This document shows positions 49,778 to 59,800 of a DNA stretch of 64,000 bases, in pieces; positions within the stretch are counted from its first letter, which is position 1; each line of letters opens with the position of its first letter. This DNA comes from a virus, in IMG/VR virus record IMGVR_UViG_3300042505_001173, positions 83,619 to 147,618 of that record; one strand, given 5' to 3'. A program made the translations under genes and the position numbers. The notes under the pieces are model-generated. The model did not search any database and had not been told where the DNA came from. It saw only the letters and a list, made by a program, of their open reading frames with translations.

Positions 49778-51064
49778 TTAATATATGAATAGTGTTGCGG
49801 TACCGCTAATAGGTGTATTAAACATAATACGTATAGTGGAATTAGAAACCGGTACAATAGAAATAGGATTAATCATTTCACCGATAGAGTTAAAGGTTTG
49901 TACCACAAAATTATTTGATCTTGGATCATGGTTTAACCACCAGGTATAGCTTGCGCTCACAAAAACATAATTGGTAGATTGTACATTATAATATAGATAG
50001 CTAGAACTTCCAATATGTTGCGGAGGTGTATAAAATTTACCTGTTTTAAGATTTACAGATACAGGTACCGGACGTTTTGGGTTTGGTTCATAGTGAATAT
50101 TATGAAACGAGGTATCAATATATACAGTGTCTGATGAAATTACATGTCCTACTTTTTGAATAAAACCATGAACAGGAGGATATGATATAAATTTACCGTG
50201 TAGACCTAGATATAGTGGCGACGAGGGTTCAGATCTCCAATAACTAGCATTATCGGTAATATATGATGTAGTTTTGTAATAAAAAGATTCACCAGCTGTT
50301 ACATCATGAGTTGTTATACCTACAACTATACTCTTATATTCATCATCATATGATGCAAGCTTTAATAATCCACTAGGTTCATACGATACCAACGAATTTT
50401 TTGGTAAATCTTCTGTAGCGGTCCCATGAGTAATAGATTGGTTTAAACTAACTGTTGTTGTTATTGATTTACTATCTACAAATGAAGTATCAGATGTTAA
50501 GAATTTATAAGAACCATCTATAGTTGCACGCTGGGTAGGTGAATTTAAGTCATCGTACACGATAAAACCAGCATTACATTCAGTAAAAATAGAAACTTGT
50601 GAAAGTAATGGATATGGGGTTATTGTACCGTTCAGATATTCACTTGCAAAAACGCGTATATTTTGTACCCAAGCGGTTCCGTTGAATACCTTCATGCAGG
50701 TTTCAGTTAAATCAAACCAATGTTGATCTACTTCAGGTAAATTAGGTGCAGCTTTTGAAACTATAGGTTGGTGAACAGTACTACCAAATGTACGGTATCC
50801 AGATAACTTATTGATATCCCAATACAACCAATATCGAATATTTGATGAGAATGGTCCCCATGCGTGATAAATTGATTTAGTCTCTTCAAATAAGAAATTA
50901 GAATCGTGATATGCAAAATTAATTAACACTCTATCAGAATATTTACTAACCTGCAAATTAACGTAGTTATCTCTAGTGTCCGCATCTAAAAAAATAGCTG
51001 TTTTATTATTATCTTCGGTATATTTTACTATACCTTGTCTAAACGGTAATTTCATATTTGTCAA
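49778..51064 (-). CDS. virion structural protein (paralogue of previous gene)
   Basis: MKLPFRQGIVK, AWGPF, WLYWDIN, GFIQKVG. Confidence 0.7.
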   Translation of the reverse strand: MTNMKLPFRQGIVKYTEDNNKTAIFLDADTRDNYVNLQVSKYSDRVLINFAYHDSNFLFEETKSIYHAWGPFSSNIRYWLYWDINKLSGYRTFGSTVHQPIVSKAAPNLPEVDQHWFDLTETCMKVFNGTAWVQNIRVFASEYLNGTITPYPLLSQVSIFTECNAGFIVYDDLNSPTQRATIDGSYKFLTSDTSFVDSKSITTTVSLNQSITHGTATEDLPKNSLVSYEPSGLLKLASYDDEYKSIVVGITTHDVTAGESFYYKTTSYITDNASYWRSEPSSPLYLGLHGKFISYPPVHGFIQKVGHVISSDTVYIDTSFHNIHYEPNPKRPVPVSVNLKTGKFYTPPQHIGSSSYLYYNVQSTNYVFVSASYTWWLNHDPRSNNFVVQTFNSIGEMINPISIVPVSNSTIRIMFNTPISGTATLFIY

Positions 51065-51174
51065 TTGGTAAACGTTGTTACTATTACATATTTATCTTTT
51101 CTAATACTAGGATCTTACATATGTTTTTTTATAAATATTAACATAATAAAAATTCTACTAAGATAAGGAATAAC

Positions 51175-51600
51175 GTGAAACGGATATTCGTTGCAGTTAT
51201 TTTGTCCCTTGTATTATCTATTGCACAAGCAGACGTTATTTTGATTAACAATAAAGTATTAAATCAAACTAAGTTGTATAGATATGAAGTGCAATCAATA
51301 TTTACAATGAGAAAAACATACTGGGAAAACGGGATACCGGTTACACCCATATTCATATCGTTTGACGATCCGATACATTTAATGTTTGTATCGCAAATAT
51401 TATTACTAACACCTTACCACTTTAATAATCTAATAAGTGCAAAGATACAGCAAGGTGACGCTAAGCATTATATTGTTGTAAATAGTATTGAAGAAGCTAT
51501 AGCAACCGTAACAAAAGTTACTGGGTCTATTGCGTACGTACCTTCAGTTGATATATTTACATCTCATTCAAACCTTCAGGTAATTCAAGTAGTGGATTGA
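51175..51600 (+). CDS. secreted small substrate-binding-fold (PstS-like) protein
   Basis: Signal peptide ending AQA; IF..RK.YW.NG.P and V....GSIAYV pattern. Confidence 0.65.
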   Translation: MKRIFVAVILSLVLSIAQADVILINNKVLNQTKLYRYEVQSIFTMRKTYWENGIPVTPIFISFDDPIHLMFVSQILLLTPYHFNNLISAKIQQGDAKHYIVVNSIEEAIATVTKVTGSIAYVPSVDIFTSHSNLQVIQVVD

Positions 51601-52646
51601 GCATGAAAAAGATTCTAATCGTCATATTATTTGGGTTTTGGTCATCCGCCAACGGAAAAACATTTAAGATCGATGATTATGTTTCGACAGTTTCAGGATT
51701 TATAACGTACACGCATTCGTCATACGATTCGATATCTCCTAGCAACGATTACAGTGCAATTGTTAACACTACGGTATCAAACGATTACGGATATATTTCA
51801 GGTCAATTTTCTACAAATAAGTATAATCCTGTACGACGATTATTAGTTGATATTCCTATATATGTACATGGATGTAACCAAATTGATATTGCATTTGGAA
51901 GGTTAACAAATTCGATAGGTTTCATTAATACAAATTTACATAATTCTCAAGTTAACGGTAGTATATTATTACCGTTAAGTACATACGATCCACGTAGATA
52001 TACAAATCTTCCAGATATAACAGATGGTGGACAAATTACGTATACAGCTAGTCTTGAACACATCAATTTAAAAATACGCGGGTATGCTGGTAAACAAGTA
52101 TTAGATAATCCCGTAATAGACGTTTACGGTTCCAATTTTGGACTAATTGGAAAAAGTGATAGAATGTTTGGGGTAGATATATCCGCTGTATTCAATACTA
52201 ATACAACTATACATTACGCATTTACAGATAACGTAGGTACCGCTGAAAGAACAATTCCACCAAATATAATAAATAATATAGATACCAACCTACTTCAACA
52301 AATCCATTTTTTTGGATTTCAGCATTATATTGATGAATTTAAGATTCAGGGGGAAGCAACATACCGTAAATTGAATACTACATCAGACGAAACAGGTGGT
52401 AATCTAAGTTTATCGTATAATTTTAAAGATAATTGGGATATCTATGTAGGTGGGTCGTACGGATCACGAATTAGTGATGATTCAACTATGTGGGATGGAT
52501 ACACAGGGGTATCTAATACGTTCCACGATATCACAATGACGTTAGAACTACATAGAATCTCATTGAATAAATGGTATTTTGATTATAATCAACCAGATAA
52601 AAAAACTATACCAATGGTATTATTTTCGATAACATATTCATTTTAG
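51597..52646 (+). CDS. outer-membrane beta-barrel (porin-like) protein
   Basis: Signal peptide, alternating beta-strand pattern, C-terminal SITYSF. Confidence 0.65.
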   Translation: MSMKKILIVILFGFWSSANGKTFKIDDYVSTVSGFITYTHSSYDSISPSNDYSAIVNTTVSNDYGYISGQFSTNKYNPVRRLLVDIPIYVHGCNQIDIAFGRLTNSIGFINTNLHNSQVNGSILLPLSTYDPRRYTNLPDITDGGQITYTASLEHINLKIRGYAGKQVLDNPVIDVYGSNFGLIGKSDRMFGVDISAVFNTNTTIHYAFTDNVGTAERTIPPNIINNIDTNLLQQIHFFGFQHYIDEFKIQGEATYRKLNTTSDETGGNLSLSYNFKDNWDIYVGGSYGSRISDDSTMWDGYTGVSNTFHDITMTLELHRISLNKWYFDYNQPDKKTIPMVLFSITYSF

Positions 52647-52649
52647 GAG

Positions 52650-53072
52650 GTGTATATGGCAGTTAATATGGATGCAGATCATTTGCAGTATATCCCCCAA
52701 CTGCAGTTATATTATGATAATAACCGCAATATTTACTTAAATCTAGACGGTACAACTGCTCACACGGTAGCAAATCCGCACCGTGTATCAGATGTGAGTG
52801 AAGAATCACTAAACAACATTAGAGTTAACTTAGCAACAGTATCAAAAATAATAGCGGTTGTCGCGGCAATCGTACTACAATATTCAGTACTAACTAATAA
52901 GATTGCTGATAGCGCTGAAAAAATACAAACAGTTAATACAAATATATCACAAAGTGATAAAAAAATTAAAGAATTAGAGTTGACTATTAATAAACTTGAA
53001 TCTCAATTAACGATTACAAGTGAATTAATAAATCAACTACAAATTCATATGTCAAACGATAGAAAAAAATAA
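52650..53072 (+). CDS. membrane-anchored coiled-coil protein
   Basis: One hydrophobic segment (IIAVVAAIVL) followed by a heptad region. Confidence 0.6.
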   Translation: MYMAVNMDADHLQYIPQLQLYYDNNRNIYLNLDGTTAHTVANPHRVSDVSEESLNNIRVNLATVSKIIAVVAAIVLQYSVLTNKIADSAEKIQTVNTNISQSDKKIKELELTINKLESQLTITSELINQLQIHMSNDRKK

Positions 53073-53073
53073 T

Positions 53074-53880
53074 TTATTTTTCACTATCATTAACAGTATT
53101 TTCACTAAAAGATTTAGACGCAGGTGTAGTAGTAACTAACGTTATTGTTTGGTTAGCTGCACCTGGGTTTGTTATTACTACTACCTCACGCGGCAACGTA
53201 TCAAAATCATCTGTATCAAATAAGCTTTTATCGAACCCAAGAGGAAATTGTCTCGATATGTCGATTATAACATTCTCTGTAATAGTAGATTTAATTGTTG
53301 TGGACGATGGATCTTCAAGATGGTCATCGAAATATTCAGAATTAAGATGAAAATCTCGTAATTTACTTTCAACGTTTTTATTGTATAGCTCAATAGCTTG
53401 TTTATCGACAAAAACAGAATCATATGTGTTGTAATCTAGTGCTGTATCGTCTAAACCTTCATGCAAATCAACTGTATCGTTAACACGTAAATCTAACTTA
53501 GCTCCATCTAAAGTAACATCATCCAATCCGCAAAAATAAACATTGCTAGTTGGATTAGTACCACCGAGTATTCTATCATAAATGCTTTCATTTTCGTACC
53601 GTGTAGGTGAGGGGTCTTCCTGATCAGGAAACTGATCAATCCCTGCAATACCGAAACCGTGTTTTTCAAAACCTTGCTTATCAAATGACCGTTCGTCAAA
53701 CCATAGATCTAATGTCGTATCGTTTGTTTCAATTACCGATGTGTTTATATTCTCAACAAATGAATACTTTACAACAGTGTCGACTATTTTTGTGTGGTAC
53801 GGTTTAATCGTATTAATATATTCAAGAATATTATCAACTTGATCGACTCTTGTTTTTACTTTAGCTTGCGGTCTAAACAT
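53074..53880 (-). CDS. virion/baseplate protein
   Basis: EYIN.IKPYHTKI motif; acidic FD-rich region. Confidence 0.6.
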   Translation of the reverse strand: MFRPQAKVKTRVDQVDNILEYINTIKPYHTKIVDTVVKYSFVENINTSVIETNDTTLDLWFDERSFDKQGFEKHGFGIAGIDQFPDQEDPSPTRYENESIYDRILGGTNPTSNVYFCGLDDVTLDGAKLDLRVNDTVDLHEGLDDTALDYNTYDSVFVDKQAIELYNKNVESKLRDFHLNSEYFDDHLEDPSSTTIKSTITENVIIDISRQFPLGFDKSLFDTDDFDTLPREVVVITNPGAANQTITLVTTTPASKSFSENTVNDSEK

Positions 53881-53883
53881 TGT

Positions 53884-56800
53884 TTATCCAGTTTTAAATG
53901 TCAATTTACAGTCTAATGTCACCATAGATGATTTCATTATACCTTCTATTTTATTGTTTTGAACGTATAAAATATTTAATATTTCAAAAAATATTTCATT
54001 AATGTTAGATGCACTAAAACGATCATACATGTAACTCATCGTTTTTGTTGTATTCTCAACCGTATCAAACGTATAAAGGTCCAAGAAGTTATCTTTATCG
54101 ATAGGTGATATATCAAACTCATCACTATTAAGAATATCGTTTAAAGTAGTTAAAATCAGTTCTCTTGGTCCTAATGTTTGCTGTTTGCCAATACCGTAGC
54201 TTGTAAAGGTGTTATTCGCGTTATCGAATAGTACTCTTGCGTATGACGGTATTGAATCACCATCGGTATTTTGACCATTAATTGATTCTGTTACTTTAGA
54301 CCACAACTCATAAGGAACTTTCGATAATGAGTTTTTACGGATAGTAGACCATTCTGTGAATACACTATGTTCATTAATATCATTGAACTTTTTATCCGCT
54401 TTAATTGTCGGATCAGTAATTATTTGTATCGCATAATCGTCACTCGTAACAACATCACCTACATTTTTAACTATGAATTTTCCATTAGGTAATAAAATTG
54501 AAAATGTATTAGTATTATCTACGAAAGCGCGTTCAATATCAATAGTCGACCACTCATTACGAGCTACTTGGTTTGTAACCCAAAAATAGAACGTTGAGTT
54601 AACAGATGAACCGGATGCATCATATTTGTGAACAACATTATATTTAAATACTTCTTGATATAGTGCAAGATCTGTATCAGATGGTTCTAATGTTAAATCA
54701 GGTTCATCAGCGAAACGTATCACAACAATTTTATCAGCATCTGTAATATTAGGTACTGTAATTGTGTCGATCATTGCCGCATCGACATCATATTTGACAG
54801 TGAACGTGTATGTACGGTTTTTAATACCGTTTACGTATATTCCGTAGCTATCATTTGCATTATCAATAACCAATGTTGTTGTAAAGGTAATTGAATTATC
54901 TACTAATGTATATTCAAATACGTTTACATGTTGATAGGTATTAACTTCATCATACCAATCACCAAATGTATCGTATATTGTTGCACGAGTACGTTTTTGT
55001 AATATGGTTAGAGGTTTACCGACTATTTCACGATCTGCAGCAATATTAATTTTACCAATATTGCTAATCCAATCTGCAGGTGCTACACTTGACGCTACCC
55101 ATTCGTAACAGGTTATATGGCTCCATGGTGTTGTTGTACCCCATGCTTCGATCTGATCATAGATGTTAGGATATACTCTACTGTTATAGTATGGCATATA
55201 TTCTAAATCGTACGTATCAATCCATTTCTCAGATACATGTTCATCAGACCAAAAAGTATCTTGGTAATTAGCAGGGTCATCAGATCGTATAAAATTAACC
55301 GAATTTGCTGTTTTATGGTATACTTCATATGCTGGGTTAAATATAGCATTTGATGAAACAATAATATCGTTAACGGTATCTACAATATTAGATGTGATAA
55401 CATTTGTATTAAATCTGTTGAGATTTATATCTAATATATCAATTTTAGTCCAATCTATAGCTAGTTTTATTAGATCGTTTGACAATACTGTATAGTGGTA
55501 CGGTTGGGACGTGTTAGTACTATCATACGGTACTAACTTACCTCGTCCATAAATTATCACAACTTTCGCATTATGTTTTATAGATGATAAAATCGGTAAG
55601 TTAATAGATGTTGTTGTTACTTCCGTGAATGCTGTATTAGCAACCTTAACACCGTTGATATGAACAGATATCATACCTGTACCAGGTAAATATTCTGGCA
55701 TATTGTCTATCAATGTAGATCCGTTATATGATACAGTATGCATTGTATCGTAATTTAGTTCAACGAATAATTCAACTTCATCAAATAGATTAGGTAATAA
55801 AACATAATTGTTTGGATCTAATGTAGATACAACCATGGTACTAGATTGACTAGAGTGTTTCACATAAGGGTTAACAATATATCTTAGTGTTTTGAACACA
55901 TAATATTCAAACAGTTTAGTGTTGTCAATATCAGGTAAATTTTTCCAACGTGCTACATCATTAGGTTGTATCAATATAAAATCATTGTTGTCTAATGTTG
56001 ATGATATTTGATATTTTAACTTATTTTGTAGAATATCAGATGCAAAAATATTTAAATACATTTCACGAATATTTTCAATATTTCCGTATGTACCTAATTT
56101 GTACATCCACATTTCATCCAATACAACTGATTCACCACTTTGGGTATTAACAAAACGTTCAACACTATTATTGGATCCTTTATGGTGAATCATCCCGTTC
56201 CAAAATAAGAACTTTGAACGAGAATTCATATCGTTTTCATAGCTTTCAGTATTATATCCGAGAATATTACGAGATTCTACAATATGTTTTTTCGATTCAT
56301 CAGCTCTCAAATCGTAGAATTTTGAAAAAGTATTAGTGACTGTTTCAATATTATCAACAATTTTGGACCCAGAAAGATATCCGCCACTTATATGAGGACG
56401 TTTTGTTGTTTCAAAATGTTTTTCAAATGCAAAAATTAACTGTTCATTATTTAAACCTAAGAATGAATCATAAATTAAATTATGGTTTGTTGTGTAATCG
56501 TTAAAGGTGACAACATTTTCATAATAATCTAAAAACAAATGCATCCCACCAATATAGGATGAACCAGTGAGGTGAGTAACATGCGATTCTTTATCTGAAC
56601 GGTATATTTTTAAGTTCTCAATACTTGTGATTGCTTTACCGTAGTTATCGTATACGATTGGTGAAACAGCTATATCTTTAAACGGTGATCCTATGATATT
56701 CGATACTATTCCTTCAGGTGTATTAATCCAAAATTCGTATTTGAATGGGTTAATATCAACATAGTCATATATAGCTACTTGGTTTGTAGTTGTGTTTAAT

Positions 56801-59800
56801 GGTTGATCAAACCGTGTAACGAACCCAGTATATACTTTTGTAATGAACTTCTCTATTTCTGTTTGCCATGATAGGTTTGTACCTGTGGTAGGATCTACGA
56901 AAGGTCTCGAATAATCATTAAATGAGAATCCGTGATCTTCTAAATAGCTTGCGTACCCATCAACAATATTAATCACGTTTTGAATACCAGTTACTACTAG
57001 AGGAACCGTAATATTCTTAACAGGGTTTGCTTTATCGATACTTAAATGGTACCATGTATCAGATTGAGAGCGGGTTCTACTCACTTTAAATGATTCTTGA
57101 CGTTCTTCAATTATTGTATTATCTGGTATAGCAATATTAACAATAAGCGATGTTATATTTTTTAATAACGTTACCGTCTTATATGTCGTATCAACAGTGT
57201 AATCAACATTTTTAATCAAAGGTACATGTTTATCAAATAGGTACACATTGTCGTGCATCACAGGTAGAGTGAATGTGTTATTTGCTTGAGGTAACACTGT
57301 CCATTTACCGGTCGTAATACGGTATTGTGATAATTTATTTGTTGTTAAATCATATTTTAAATCGTAATCACGTATCTGTACAATTGATGTAGATGTATTT
57401 ACACCAGCTGTCATACTATAATCGGTAATATACTCGATAATGTTACCGGTTGTAGCATCAAACGTATACCCGTTATCCGGAATCGATGATGTGTAGCTAT
57501 AGCAGTTGATAGTATCGTACAGGTTTGTTGGTACAAATTGACTTATCAACGGTTCGTACGTCATTAATCTAAATGTATTTGATGGTAATTGTTCAATCTT
57601 GTAGATATACGACGGGTTAAAATTTAAACCAGTGTACTGGATTCGAATATTATTTTCAACATTCCAAGGTATAGTTAATGATGAGTCAATTGTAAACGTG
57701 TTAGATGAAACTGATACATGGTTTATTTTATATTGGCGTACACCATAATACGGTAATGTGTTCCCATCAGGTATAAGTGTATCGATACGAAATTTCCAAT
57801 CGTCAGCTGTTGGTAAATTAACACCGGTTATTGATTTCTCAAAACTACCGTATTCGTTTAACGAAATACGTAATGAGTGTAACCAAATATTATGTGCACC
57901 GGAGGTCTTTTTTAATTTTACACTGTAATCATTATCTGATAGTGCAAATATATTGTTATCAACAGCAACTGTTTGCTCTTTTACCACTGTATTGGTCTGA
58001 TAAGTTAGTTTTGGTACCCAACTGGTCCACGTACTTACGAAATCATCAATACCTGCTTTATTGAAGCTAGTACGCAATGCATGTGAATACCATTGATTAA
58101 AATTATTAATCAAATATGTGTACCCATTATATGACATTCCATGAAATACTGTAGTATTGTAAGATGGTACGTTTTTGGTTATAGGATCTACTAATAGACC
58201 GTTTACATTATAAAATTCATTACTTAATGTAGCATGTAGTGTTTTTACAGGTTGTAATCTAAATAACGCATGGTACATATCGTATGAGTAATCAATTGAT
58301 TCGCGCCATCGTCTTTCTTGTGGACTATGATTACCAAATAGCGCTGCATATTGTACAGAGTTAGGTCTGACAACACTTGAACTATTAAACACGACTAACG
58401 AATTATTTGCCACTAACATAGGATGTGATATACGCGGCGGGAGCAGATCATCAGGTGCATAGGCACCTTGCGTAGTACCGGTATCATTAACGCTAATAAC
58501 CGTATACGTAGGTGGTACTTTAGGTGGAGGTGGTAACGAACTATTAATAACACCATTCCGAATATTGACCCACATTAATGTACGCCATTTTGCACCAGTG
58601 CCAGGAATAGCAGCGTAAACATTATCCCAGTTAGTAGGCTTTTCAATGTAACCTTGTAATTTCCAAGGTTCTAAATGTGGATATGGTGTACCGTACTGAT
58701 ATTCATAAATTTGCCACCAAAACGATCCCCAATTTTGTGATTGTTGATATTTGATAGTGATTTGAGGTTGACCAGCATTTGCAGAACCTACTGGAAATAC
58801 TGGTGTGTCTATACCCCAATAATTCCAAGTAAATTGATTAGATTCACTAAAGGATACCGGTGCATTTATCTCACCTGATGTTTTTAAATATGTTGCATAC
58901 CGGTCAATCATATAATCGATATACAACCCTGTTTCAATACCAATTATATTATTAAAATTTATTTTAGTCGATGCTTGTTTTGCACGCTTATATAATTCAG
59001 TCTCAATAGAAAACACACTCTCATTTATTATATTGTTAATATCAAATGATGTCCATGCAGACGATATAGGTGTGTTAATCCACGATGAGTTAGTGTAGAT
59101 TTTGAGAGTGTTAGTATCAGGTGAATACCACAAATCACCACTAGCAATAATATTTGCTGGGTTCAATGATGGGTCAACGGTTTGATAAAAGTTAACATAG
59201 CACCGTTTAACAACACCTGTAACCTCATCGATCTTAAAATTACCATTATTGATTGTTTTATCAAATGTTAAGGTTTTAATAAAAACATCATACTCAATAG
59301 TATCGATAGAAGCAGATGACATATGACCATCATGGTGTCTTAGCTTGTTTATTCCTAGCTTTGAATCAGTCAATATTCTAGGCTCGTACGCTGGATATAA
59401 ACCTAAAATTGGTAAAGTAACTATCCAATTTTTTACACCGACGCCATTAACAAATGCTGTTGAATCGTGGTATACTAAGTCGGTTTGTAAGTTATTTGTA
59501 ACTTCTGTTACAATACTATTTGCAATTGTAGTATAAATTTGCGAATTAGATAACGATTTGTAGGTATTAGCGTAATACGCAGAACGTTTAAGACACGTAT
59601 TTTTTATAAGGTACAAATTATCAGAATATTTATTTTTTGCAAAATCAATAACTGATTTAAAGTTAATAACATCTTGATGGTTAGATGAGATTAAGTAATC
59701 GAGGTTACCGTTATGCTCTTTAATATTTCCACCGATGTAGTCTAGTTTTGAATTTAATTTACCAATACGATCCGATGGAATATAGTTTTTCAACGGTTGT

